Source of the DNA: an uncultured Candidatus Saccharibacteria bacterium
GTDB taxonomy: Bacteria > Patescibacteriota > Minisyncoccia > Phycocordibacterales > CSBR16-119
Direction: 5' to 3'
NCBI GenBank assembly: GCA_964531475.1
Contig: CAZHCS010000001.1
Span: 14,712-78,711, forward strand
DNA: 64,000 bases
Each line of letters opens with the position of its first letter. Positions within the stretch are counted from its first letter, which is position 1. Under the pieces are notes generated by a model. It saw only the letters and a list, made by a program, of their open reading frames with translations. It had not been told where the DNA came from and searched no databases. Of this stretch, positions 36,649-45,657 are shown piece after piece. The position numbers and the translations under genes are program-made.

Positions 36649-38328
36649 ATGGAAAGCGCAGTTATCCGCAAGAAATTCTTGCAATTTTTTGAATCAAAAG
36701 GGCATACAACTATCCCCTCGGCCTCGCTAGTACCAGTCGGGGACTCGTCGGTACTCTTTACGACTGCTGGTATGCAGCCACTAGTACCGTATCTTTTAGG
36801 TGCGTCGCATCCTGCTGGTACGCGCCTAACTAGCGCGCAAAAGTGCGTCCGCACGGGCGATATCGACGACATCGGCGATAATCGTCACCTTACTTTTTTT
36901 GAAATGCTTGGTAACTGGTCGCTCGGCGATTATTTCAAAGACGAATCGATTGCTTGGAGCTACCAATTTTTGACTAACAAAGACGTCGGGCTCGGTCTTG
37001 ATCCGTCGCGGCTCTACGTCACTTGTTTCGAGGGCGACGAGAGTGCGCCGCGTGACGAGGAATCTAAATCTATCTGGATGAAGGCCGGCATTCCCGAGTC
37101 GCGGATCTATTTCTTGGGCAAAGACGATAACTGGTGGGGACCAGGCGACAATGGTCCGTGCGGACCAGATACAGAAATCTTTTATGATGTTACTGGCAAG
37201 CTTGGCGAGCTTTCGCATGAACAGTTTCTCTTGGCACAAAAGAGCGAACAAGTTATCGAGATCTGGAATAACGTTTTCATGGAGTATGAATCGCGCGACG
37301 GCAAAGTTGTTGGTAAACTCGCGCAGAAAAATGTCGATACGGGCATGGGTCTTGAGCGCATTACCGCTGTTGTCAACGGCAAGACGAGCGTCTACGATAC
37401 CGACCTCTTTAGTAGTGAATCAACAAAAGAAGATAGAGTCGTAGCTGACCATGTAAAAGCCGCCCTCTTTCTAATATCTGATGGTGTTTTACCAGGAAAT
37501 ACTGGTCAAGGATATATTGTTCGTCGCTTGATTCGTCGTGCGGTTAGGTTTTCCAAAGAACCGCTTGTAGACAAGATTAATGCAGTCAAGAAATTGTATG
37601 CGGGAATTTATGAACTCGACGATCATGGAGAGATAGAAAAAGAAGAGGCAAAGTTTCGCACGACGCTCGAGAAGGGTATGAAAGAGTTTGAAAAAGGCGA
37701 GCGCGATGCATTTGTATTGTTCACGTCTTACGGTTTTCCATTCGAGATGACCGAAGAACTTGCTCGTGAGCGCGGAGAAACTCTATCGAAATCCGATTTC
37801 GATATGAAAATGGCCGAGCATCAAAAGCTCTCACAGTCTGCTTCCGCCGGCATGTTCAAGGGCGGACTTGCGAATCATAATGAAGCGACGATCAAGCTCC
37901 ATACAGCGCATCACTTACTTCTCGCCGCACTTCAGCAAGTGCTCGGTCCCGAGGTAAAACAGCGGGGAAGCAATATTACCGAAGAGCGCCTGCGCATCGA
38001 TTTCTCATTCGACCGCAAGATGACCGACGAAGAGAAGAAGCGTGTCGAAGATATCGTGAACGACGCCATTTCGCGTGACTTGAAAGTTATTCGCCGAGAA
38101 ATGACGCGTGATGAAGCCGAAAAGATCGGCGCGCAGATGGAGTTTGGTGCAAAATACGGTGATACGGTTTCGGTTTACTTTATCGAAAACGAAAACGGGG
38201 AAGCTTTTAGCAAGGAGTTCTGTGGTGGGCCTCATGTCGAACATACTGGCAAACTCGGTCATTTCAAGATTCAAAAAGAAGAAGCCTCGAGCCAGGGCGT
38301 CCGACGAATCAAAGCAGTTTTGGGATAA
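36649..38328 (+). CDS. alaS: alanine--tRNA ligase (short, no C-Ala domain)
   Basis: FTTAGMQP, TFFEMLGNWS, DTGMGLER, HTAHHLL, EFCGGPHV. Confidence 0.96.
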   Translation: MESAVIRKKFLQFFESKGHTTIPSASLVPVGDSSVLFTTAGMQPLVPYLLGASHPAGTRLTSAQKCVRTGDIDDIGDNRHLTFFEMLGNWSLGDYFKDESIAWSYQFLTNKDVGLGLDPSRLYVTCFEGDESAPRDEESKSIWMKAGIPESRIYFLGKDDNWWGPGDNGPCGPDTEIFYDVTGKLGELSHEQFLLAQKSEQVIEIWNNVFMEYESRDGKVVGKLAQKNVDTGMGLERITAVVNGKTSVYDTDLFSSESTKEDRVVADHVKAALFLISDGVLPGNTGQGYIVRRLIRRAVRFSKEPLVDKINAVKKLYAGIYELDDHGEIEKEEAKFRTTLEKGMKEFEKGERDAFVLFTSYGFPFEMTEELARERGETLSKSDFDMKMAEHQKLSQSASAGMFKGGLANHNEATIKLHTAHHLLLAALQQVLGPEVKQRGSNITEERLRIDFSFDRKMTDEEKKRVEDIVNDAISRDLKVIRREMTRDEAEKIGAQMEFGAKYGDTVSVYFIENENGEAFSKEFCGGPHVEHTGKLGHFKIQKEEASSQGVRRIKAVLG

Positions 38329-38373
38329 TGTTTTCAACTTCTTTGTCGCGCAGGTTTGGCGTATACTGGACGC

Positions 38374-39507
38374 ATGTTGTTTTCTTCTCGTAAAGAAGAG
38401 TTTGTGCTCGTGCTTGATATTTCGTCGGGAAGCGTCGGCGGCGCGTTCTTTTTAAAACGTCCGTACGCGCCGCCGTTTGTGGTCGAGTCTGTCCGTACAG
38501 TTTTGCCGCTTCGCGAAGAACTCGATACCGCGCGTCGCACGGCCGACATGCTTCGTGCCGTCGACGAAACTTGTCGTCAGTTACAGCGTTCTATAGCTCG
38601 CCGTCCGGATAAAATAGTTTGTTTGCTTGCGACACCTTGGGCTTATGGTCATGTGCGTTCAATAGCTTACCAGGCCGAAGAATTTTCCGTCACTGAAAAA
38701 CGCATCCGCACTCTTGTTGATGCCGAAATGGATAGATTTCGTTCCGAGTGGCAAAATCTTTCCGAAATCATAGACAAGCGTGTAATCAAAGTCTCGCTGA
38801 ACGGTTACACTATCGAGCGACCGCATGGCAAGCGTGCACGTACTCTTGATATCGATATTTTTGCGAGCTTAAGTGATGGCCGGCTTATTGCTAGGCTCGA
38901 AGAAACTATTCACAAGACATTCAAGGCCAAAATCGCTCTCATGTCCCGCACCGCGGCAGATTTTATCGCTGTGCGAGACATGTTCGAACTCCAAAACGAC
39001 TTCATAATACTAAGAGTTGGAGAAGATACCTCAGAGGTTTCGGTTATGAGAGACGACTGTTTGGTCGGCACGGCATTTTTCCCATTTGGGACCCAAGGCG
39101 TCGCGCGATCGGTCGCCGCCGCGCTTGGTATTTCGACGACACGCGCCGCTTCGCTTCTTGCTACTTATCGCCTTGGACTTTTAGATGAGGATCACGCAAC
39201 ACGATTTATAGACTCACTAGAACATATTGGAATAGATTGGTTGCGAGAGCTCGCTGGTATCTTGGTACGGCTAGTACCTGATCGCCATATACCGCATGCG
39301 GTTTTCGTAGTTGCAAGTGACGAAATGGATACATGGTTCCGATCTTTGGTTTCTATTTCACGTATCCCGGAATTCACACTAAGCTTTGATGATTTCCATG
39401 CTATACTTGCTGACAAGAAGACGCTGGCGCAGTTTGCCGAATTCCGTTCCGGCGTCGAGAAAGATCCGTCGCTTATTATGGCGGCGGCAGTCATAAATCG
39501 TCTATGA
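38374..39507 (+). CDS. FtsA/PilM-like actin-fold hypothetical protein
   Basis: VLDISSGSVG, LNGY, VGEDTSEV..FPFG. Confidence 0.7.
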   Translation: MLFSSRKEEFVLVLDISSGSVGGAFFLKRPYAPPFVVESVRTVLPLREELDTARRTADMLRAVDETCRQLQRSIARRPDKIVCLLATPWAYGHVRSIAYQAEEFSVTEKRIRTLVDAEMDRFRSEWQNLSEIIDKRVIKVSLNGYTIERPHGKRARTLDIDIFASLSDGRLIARLEETIHKTFKAKIALMSRTAADFIAVRDMFELQNDFIILRVGEDTSEVSVMRDDCLVGTAFFPFGTQGVARSVAAALGISTTRAASLLATYRLGLLDEDHATRFIDSLEHIGIDWLRELAGILVRLVPDRHIPHAVFVVASDEMDTWFRSLVSISRIPEFTLSFDDFHAILADKKTLAQFAEFRSGVEKDPSLIMAAAVINRL

Positions 39508-40799
39508 CACCTATGCAAAAAAATTACATACACGACATCAAGCCATCAGGCCGCACTCAAAAGCGCCGAGAGGCATTTCATCGTGCTCACGAAAGGCGCA
39601 TGCACGAAGTAGAAGAAACTTACGACGATCGTCGTTATGAATCTGGCGGAGGAAGTTCTCGCGGAATGTGGTACATCGCAGCGTTTGCGTTGGCAGCGCT
39701 TGTCTTTGCTCTTACGTATGTCTTTGCTGGCGCAACAATAACAGTCACGCCGCGTACCGGTTCTGTAGAGCTATCCGGCCCGATTCTCGCAGAAAAGGAA
39801 TCTCGCAATGGTCTTTCTTTCGAGATGCTAGTTTTAGACGCAGAAGAAAGTTCAAGTGTAGCCGCAGGTGAAAAGCGCTATGTCGAGCGCAAGGCAACCG
39901 GACGAGTTCGACTTTTCAATGATCATTCTTCCTCTCCACAAAAACTTCTAATAGATACTCGTCTTGAAAGTCCCGAAGGACGTATTTACAAAACCAAGAC
40001 CCCAGTGACGATACCTGGACAGACTATTGCAGGAGGTAAAAAGACTCCGGGTTCTGTCGAGGTAGATATATACGCCGATGAGGCTGGCGAAGCTTACAAC
40101 ACTACAGAATCTGATTTCAAAATAGTCGGCTTTAGAGGTTCTCCAAAGTATGAACATTTTTATGCTCGCTCCATTACTCCGATAAGCGGTGGTTTTCGCG
40201 GAGACACTTATGATATTGGCGATGATGTTTTGGCTAGCGAGACAGAAAGGCTTCGTGCTGAGCTTCGTGAAAAACTCGTAGAGCAGGCCGGAGCGGAGTT
40301 ACCGACTGACTTTGTAATGTACGAAGACGTCGCCACATTCTTGTTTGACGAACCAGTAGTCGAAGAGGGATCCGATGGCTCTGTTGTGGTTCGCCAGGGC
40401 GGTGTCATGAACGCAGTAATATTCAAAGAGTCCGATCTTACAGACGCTATCGTCGATCGTGTTATTGCCGACAAAGAAGACAATCAAGTACGCATTCCTA
40501 ATATAAGAGAGTTAACCATAATGCTTGATCCTAAGAGTGTAATAACCGATCCAGAATCCATGACAGACATAAAACTTTTGATAGATAGTCGTGTCGAGGT
40601 GGTTTGGGAAGTAGAAGAAGCCGCCATAAAAGAGGCTTTGGCTGGGTCAAAGAAGCGGACATTTGATAGCACGATGCTTTCCTTCAAGAACATAGACAAA
40701 GCGGAACTCAAATTAAAACCATTCTGGAGATCGTCGTTACCCGAAAAGGTGGGATCAATAAAGATTATAAATACGCTGGAAAACGGTGATCAAATTTGA
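39504..40799 (+). CDS. membrane-anchored baseplate-J-like CPR hypothetical protein
   Basis: TM helix, KATGRV.LFN, TRL, VTIPG, ADEAGEAYN, GGF. Confidence 0.7.
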   Translation: MTPMQKNYIHDIKPSGRTQKRREAFHRAHERRMHEVEETYDDRRYESGGGSSRGMWYIAAFALAALVFALTYVFAGATITVTPRTGSVELSGPILAEKESRNGLSFEMLVLDAEESSSVAAGEKRYVERKATGRVRLFNDHSSSPQKLLIDTRLESPEGRIYKTKTPVTIPGQTIAGGKKTPGSVEVDIYADEAGEAYNTTESDFKIVGFRGSPKYEHFYARSITPISGGFRGDTYDIGDDVLASETERLRAELREKLVEQAGAELPTDFVMYEDVATFLFDEPVVEEGSDGSVVVRQGGVMNAVIFKESDLTDAIVDRVIADKEDNQVRIPNIRELTIMLDPKSVITDPESMTDIKLLIDSRVEVVWEVEEAAIKEALAGSKKRTFDSTMLSFKNIDKAELKLKPFWRSSLPEKVGSIKIINTLENGDQI

Positions 40800-40836
40800 C
40801 CACCATCGTTATTCCTGATACCATCTTAGCGACCTG

Positions 40837-41055
40837 ATGAAAGACGACCCAAATACAATAGTCGTAGTAGGCAGTGTGACAGAGTCCTTGCCTAACGCGA
40901 CATTTCGCATAGAGCTCGATGATGACCATAAGATAATGTTGGCTTATTTGTCTGGCAAGATGCGCAAATTCCGCATCAAGATAGTTATCGGCGATCGGGT
41001 TGAAGTGGTTACCGACGTTTCAAGGGAAAAGGGGAGGATTACAAGGAGGCTGTAG
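40837..41055 (+). CDS. infA: translation initiation factor IF-1
   Basis: LPNATFRI, AYLSGKMR, GDRV. Confidence 0.95.
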   Translation: MKDDPNTIVVVGSVTESLPNATFRIELDDDHKIMLAYLSGKMRKFRIKIVIGDRVEVVTDVSREKGRITRRL

Positions 41056-41180
41056 GCGAGATTTACCACCCTTTATACTTTTCCAGGAAAATATGGGGTA
41101 AGGACTTGCATTATTTTCTCTTTCGGGTTACTATAGGGACTCCTTAAATTTATTAGGACTTTTATCACGTTTTAGCATCC

Positions 41181-41303
41181 ATGAAGATCAAGGCTTCGAT
41201 CAAAAGAAAGAATCTCGCCCAGGGCGATCAGCTCGTCCGACGCCGTGGCAAGATCTTCCGGATCAACAAGAAAAATCCTCGTCGTAAAGCACGACAGGGC
41301 TAG
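41181..41303 (+). CDS. rpmJ: 50S ribosomal protein L36 (Cys-free type)
   Basis: Manual translation MKIKASIKRKNLAQGDQLVRRRGKIFRINKKNPRRKARQG. Confidence 0.92.
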   Translation: MKIKASIKRKNLAQGDQLVRRRGKIFRINKKNPRRKARQG

Positions 41304-41316
41304 TATTATTTTCGAT

Positions 41317-41697
41317 ATGCGTATTGCAGGTATCACCATAAAGGATGAGCAGCGTGTAGAGATAGGCCTAACAGGCCTTTTTGGTGTCGGACGTTCACGC
41401 GCCCACGCCATATTGGATGAAGCGGGCGTCGATTACGGAAAAAAGTCTAAAGACTTGACTACCGACGAAGAGAACGCCATCCGTAAAGCTGTTGAGAAAT
41501 ACAATATCGAAGGTAATTTGAAGCGTGAAGTCTCGGCAAATATCAAGCGCTTGAAGGACATCGGCTCTTATCGAGGGTCTCGTCATGCCAAGCACTTGCC
41601 GTCTCGTGGTCAACGCACCAAGACCAACTCACGCACGATCCGAGGCAACGTCCGAAAGACCATGGGCAGCGGACGCGTAACAGCAACTAAGACATAG
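41317..41697 (+). CDS. rpsM: 30S ribosomal protein S13
   Basis: MRIAG, YRGSRH, RGQRTKTN. Confidence 0.96.
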   Translation: MRIAGITIKDEQRVEIGLTGLFGVGRSRAHAILDEAGVDYGKKSKDLTTDEENAIRKAVEKYNIEGNLKREVSANIKRLKDIGSYRGSRHAKHLPSRGQRTKTNSRTIRGNVRKTMGSGRVTATKT

Positions 41698-41701
41698 TCC
41701 T

Positions 41702-42127
41702 ATGGGCAAGAAACGAATTGTAAAATCCGGCGCATCGTCGGAATCAAAAGCAAAAGCTGCATCAAAGGTCTCCAAGAAAAAAGTTTCCGAGGGCATTCTT
41801 TATGTGGAAGCAACTTTTAACAACACCAAAGTCTCTTTGACAGACAGGAAGGGCAACGTTCTTTTCTGGTCTTCATCCGGAAGCCTCGGTTTTAAAGGGG
41901 CCAAAAAGGGCACGCCTTTCGCCGCTGCAAAAGTAGGTGAAGTCTTGGCAGAAAAGGCTGAGATGGTCGGCATGAAAGAGGCTGACGTGGTCGTCAAAGG
42001 TGTTGGTACGGGCCGCGAATCTGCTATCAGATCTTTTATGTCTCGAGGTGTAGAGATAACCTCCATTAAAGACAGAACCCCGGTCCCACACAATGGACCA
42101 AAGGCGCCTAAGCCGCGCCGAGTGTAA
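41702..42127 (+). CDS. rpsK: 30S ribosomal protein S11
   Basis: TFNNT, TPFAA, TPVPHNG. Confidence 0.97.
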   Translation: MGKKRIVKSGASSESKAKAASKVSKKKVSEGILYVEATFNNTKVSLTDRKGNVLFWSSSGSLGFKGAKKGTPFAAAKVGEVLAEKAEMVGMKEADVVVKGVGTGRESAIRSFMSRGVEITSIKDRTPVPHNGPKAPKPRRV

Positions 42128-42161
42128 GCTAAGCATTATTGTTTAAGTATCCGATTGAGTT

Positions 42162-42764
42162 ATGAAACTAGGGCCAAAATATAAAATCGCACGACGTCTC
42201 GGCGCTGCTGTCTTTGATAAGACGCAGGGTCAGAAATTCGCGCTCGCTGAAGCCAAAAATACAAAAAAAGGCGGCAAGCGCAAGCAGTTGTCCGAATACG
42301 CCCAGCAGCTTTTGGAGAAGCAGCGCATTCGATATACCTACAATATCACCGAAAAACAGTTTGAAAATTACGTAAAAGAAGCTCTCGCTACTCGAGAGGG
42401 TTCTTCGGCTGATGTTTTGCGCGAGCTTCTCGAGGTGCGCTTGGACAACGTTGCATACCGCATCGGCCTTGCTCCGACGCGTCAGGCGAGTCGCCAGCTA
42501 GTTTCGCACGGCCATCTTGCGGTCAATGGACGCAAGACCACTGTTCCGTCATACCGACTAAAGATCGGCGACGTTGTTTCGGTGCGCGAAGGTTCGAAGA
42601 AGAGTGTTATGTTCGCCGATATCGCAAAGAAGATAGAAAAGGCAGTCGTGCCCGTCTGGCTATCTTTCGATGCTGGCGCGATGACCGGAGGAATTAAACA
42701 GAAGCCGACCAAAGAAGGCGCGATCCTAGACTTTGCCCGCGTCCTTGAATTCTATAGCCGCTAA
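42162..42764 (+). CDS. rpsD: 30S ribosomal protein S4
   Basis: EKQR, RLDNVAYR, RQLVSHGH, EFYSR. Confidence 0.96.
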   Translation: MKLGPKYKIARRLGAAVFDKTQGQKFALAEAKNTKKGGKRKQLSEYAQQLLEKQRIRYTYNITEKQFENYVKEALATREGSSADVLRELLEVRLDNVAYRIGLAPTRQASRQLVSHGHLAVNGRKTTVPSYRLKIGDVVSVREGSKKSVMFADIAKKIEKAVVPVWLSFDAGAMTGGIKQKPTKEGAILDFARVLEFYSR

Positions 42765-42789
42765 ACATTATTCATAATCATAAGTGCGT

Positions 42790-43776
42790 ATGGTTGAATC
42801 AAACATCATTTTGCCGTCGAAGCCGAGACTTGTCTCCGAAGAGGGGAATAAAGGCGTTTACGAAATCGACAATCTGTACCCTGGCTATGGTCACACCCTG
42901 GGTAATTCGCTCCGCCGCATAATTCTTTCGTCGCTTCCGGGCGCCGCTATTACGAGCTTGAAAATCGACGGAGTCGATCATGAGTTCGCTGTTATGGATG
43001 GCGTCAAGGAAGACGTTTTGAATATCATATTGAACCTCAAGAAAATCCGTTTCAAAGTCGCGACCAGTGAACCTCAGATGGTCACTCTAAAATGGAAAGG
43101 TGTCGGCACCGTCAAGGCAAGCGATATCGAAGTTCCAGGCCAGGTTGAAGTTTTGACTCCAGACCAGTACATTTGTGAAGTCACGGACAAGAAAACCGAA
43201 ATCACGATGGAGATCTATATACAAAAAGGTCTAGGTTATGTTTCCAAAGAAGACATCCAAAAAGAAAAAATGTCGATCGGCCATATCGCAGTCGACGCTA
43301 TATTTACACCTGTTCGTCGCGTAGCTTACGAGGTTGAAAACATGCGCGTTGGTGATTCGACAAACTACAACCGCTTGCGTGTCTCTGTCGAAACTGACGG
43401 AACATACACACCTCGTGAAGCAGTTGAGCGTGCAATCGAGATCATGATACTCCAGCTCCAGTCTATTCACGATTTCAAAGGTCTTGATGAGAAGCCACAG
43501 GAACTAATTGACGCTGTCGAGCAGGAGATCAAAGACGTTCAGGGAGAAAAAGAATCCGCAGAAGGTGAAGACGAAAAAGAAATTATGAAAACTCGTATCG
43601 AGGACCTTAATCTCTCGACTCGCACCCTAAACGCTCTCACAAATGCTAAAATCCGCACTGTCGGAGGCATTGCTAGAAAGTCGGCTGACGACTTGCTAGC
43701 GGTGGACGGCATGGGCGACAAGGGACTTCAGGAAATCAAGAGGACCTTGAGTAATTTTGGAATTCTGCTAAAGTAG
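42790..43776 (+). CDS. rpoA: RNA polymerase alpha subunit
   Basis: GYGHTLGNSLRRIILSS, DAIFTPV, alpha-CTD. Confidence 0.97.
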   Translation: MVESNIILPSKPRLVSEEGNKGVYEIDNLYPGYGHTLGNSLRRIILSSLPGAAITSLKIDGVDHEFAVMDGVKEDVLNIILNLKKIRFKVATSEPQMVTLKWKGVGTVKASDIEVPGQVEVLTPDQYICEVTDKKTEITMEIYIQKGLGYVSKEDIQKEKMSIGHIAVDAIFTPVRRVAYEVENMRVGDSTNYNRLRVSVETDGTYTPREAVERAIEIMILQLQSIHDFKGLDEKPQELIDAVEQEIKDVQGEKESAEGEDEKEIMKTRIEDLNLSTRTLNALTNAKIRTVGGIARKSADDLLAVDGMGDKGLQEIKRTLSNFGILLK

Positions 43777-43796
43777 GGCAACTGTAATAAACCAGT

Positions 43797-44153
43797 ATGA
43801 GACATCACGATAACAAGCGAAAATTTGGAAGGACCAGGAACGTGCGGAACGCGCTCATCAAGAGCTTGGCTCTTTCGCTTGTAATCCACGGCCGAATCCA
43901 GACGACCGAAGCCAAAGCCAAAGAACTTCGTCCGTTTATCGAGAAATTGGTCACTCGTGCCAAGTCCGGCACGTTGGCTGATCGCCGCACGATCGTTTCT
44001 CGCCTTATGAACCGCGCTCCGGAGACAAAGATTTTGGTCGAAGAAGTGGCTCCTAAATTCAAAGACGTTGCTGGAGGTTACACTCGCATCATGAAGCTCC
44101 CTCCGCGAAAGTCTGACGGAGCCAAGATGGCGCTTATAGAATTTGTAAAATAA
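43797..44153 (+). CDS. rplQ: 50S ribosomal protein L17
   Basis: MRH, TTEAKAKELR, GGYTRI. Confidence 0.97.
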   Translation: MRHHDNKRKFGRTRNVRNALIKSLALSLVIHGRIQTTEAKAKELRPFIEKLVTRAKSGTLADRRTIVSRLMNRAPETKILVEEVAPKFKDVAGGYTRIMKLPPRKSDGAKMALIEFVK

Positions 44154-44154
44154 T

Positions 44155-44499
44155 ATGCAGTACGTCATCGATGCAACTAACAAGAAATTGGGACGAGTCG
44201 CACAGGAAGCGGCTAGCATTCTCATGGGCAAGAACGATGCTTCGTTTGAGCGCCAGACCCTTTCTTCCAACAAGGTCGTAATTGAAAACGCTTCGAAAGC
44301 TGACATTTCTGACTCAAAGAAAGAAAATGTCGAATACGAGCGATACTCTGGATATCCAGGCGGTCTCGTCTACGAAAAGATGAAGCGCACGATCGAAAAG
44401 AAAGGGTACGCAGAAGTTTTCCGTTATGCAGTCATGGGTATGCTACCGGCCAATCGTATCGCCGACAAGATGATGAAGAATTTAACTGTCAAAGAATAA
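44155..44499 (+). CDS. rplM: 50S ribosomal protein L13 (short form)
   Basis: IDA..LGRVA, SGYPGGL, GMLP. Confidence 0.92.
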   Translation: MQYVIDATNKKLGRVAQEAASILMGKNDASFERQTLSSNKVVIENASKADISDSKKENVEYERYSGYPGGLVYEKMKRTIEKKGYAEVFRYAVMGMLPANRIADKMMKNLTVKE

Positions 44500-44500
44500 T

Positions 44501-44908
44501 ATGTCCGCTACTAAAGAACGATATTTTGAAGCCGTTGGACGCAGGAAAACTGCGACTGCTCGCGTACGCATCACACCGGCCGCCAAGGCGTCTTTCATCG
44601 TCAACGACAAGCTCTTGACCGAGTATTTCTCTGTCACTGACTTGCATGACATTGCTGGTGAAGCTTTTGCCAAGCACAAGCTCGACAAGAAGTTCGCTGT
44701 CACGGCGAAAGTAATGGGCGGAGGCATCAATGCTCAGGCCGAAGCGATTCGTCTTGGCATTACACGTGCTCTCGTCAAATTCGACGCCGAGCTCCGCAGC
44801 CCGCTCAAAAAGCTAGGACTCTTGAAGCGCGATCCGCGCGCTCGCGAACGCCGCAAGGCTGGTCTCGCGCAAGCTGCTCGAAAGAGGAAGCAGTGGAGCA
44901 AGCGTTAG
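44501..44908 (+). CDS. rpsI: 30S ribosomal protein S9
   Basis: GRRKTATARV, GGG..AQAEAIR, QWSKR. Confidence 0.97.
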   Translation: MSATKERYFEAVGRRKTATARVRITPAAKASFIVNDKLLTEYFSVTDLHDIAGEAFAKHKLDKKFAVTAKVMGGGINAQAEAIRLGITRALVKFDAELRSPLKKLGLLKRDPRARERRKAGLAQAARKRKQWSKR

Positions 44909-44950
44909 TCCTGCGAAGCCTTGGCGAAGAAGGATTAACGAAATATTCAC

Positions 44951-44975
44951 AAAAAGCCCCGCGAGGGGCTTTTTG
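44951..44975. terminator. terminator of the ribosomal block
   Basis: AAAAAGCCCC-GCGA-GGGGCTTTTT. Confidence 0.85.
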
Positions 44976-45023
44976 CTTGACGCATTTAGGTAATTAAGGT
45001 AAGTTGGGCAAAACCTTACAACC

Positions 45024-45557
45024 ATGGGACTTTTCAGCTTTCTAGCTACTGAACGTAGACAAAAGAGTAAACAGGCTGCTCTTGAAACGCAGTGGGAGAA
45101 GAACAGTGAATACATCCATCGGATCATCGATGGTCACTATCATTTGGCCTCGGAAATCTCCGAAGAAGAAAAGGCAATGTCGAAAAAGTCTTTCGATGCT
45201 TGGATGAGAAAGGAGTATGAAAGTTGGCAAGCCGTTCCCCGGCAGACACACCAAAGGAGAATGGAGGCAATTGAAGAAAACCTTCCGAACAACTTTATGT
45301 GGAAGGAGTGGAGAGAAGGTGAAGTTCTTGAAGAAGTGTTTCTCAATGCTTTCACTGAGCCGTTCCCTTCGACCCATGATATGCCTGAGTGGGCAGTTTC
45401 TACGAAGGTCGCCGATCTACTGATCTTGAAGGACGTCTCGATCAGGGATTCTACGAACTATCGTGTGAAGATCAGGCATCACTATGTGAACCACAACATG
45501 ATCAAGGGGATCATCCAGTTCGATCTCTATAAGCTGGAGACTTACGCGAATAATTGA
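45024..45557 (+). CDS. hypothetical protein
   Basis: 177-aa ORF; TTGACG promoter, CAAAAC leader, terminator near 45572-45598. Confidence 0.7.
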   Translation: MGLFSFLATERRQKSKQAALETQWEKNSEYIHRIIDGHYHLASEISEEEKAMSKKSFDAWMRKEYESWQAVPRQTHQRRMEAIEENLPNNFMWKEWREGEVLEEVFLNAFTEPFPSTHDMPEWAVSTKVADLLILKDVSIRDSTNYRVKIRHHYVNHNMIKGIIQFDLYKLETYANN

Positions 45558-45657
45558 CCTCACCAAGGTTGAAGGCGCTCCGCACGGGGCGCCTTTTTCG
45601 TTTCTTAATACCTAATACTTACTACTTACTATTTACTTCGTGCTAAAATAAAAATCT

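Noticed and set aside
39504-40799. Baseplate-J-like gene as a prophage or tailocin remnant
   Set aside because: No other phage structural genes nearby; it is membrane-anchored and coupled to a cellular actin-fold gene.
10344-44499. Short ValS, AlaS and L13 as pseudogenes
   Set aside because: Frames and catalytic motifs are intact; the C-terminal reductions fit streamlined CPR forms.
44909-44935. TCCTGCGAAGCCTTGGCGAAGAAGGA after rpsI as another short repeat family
   Set aside because: Only one copy in the window; repeat status cannot be supported here.
36583-45023. 13-nt match AAACCTTACAACC between the sRNA candidate and the 45024 leader
   Set aside because: Tens of chance 13-mer matches are expected in 64 kb, so it is not significant alone.
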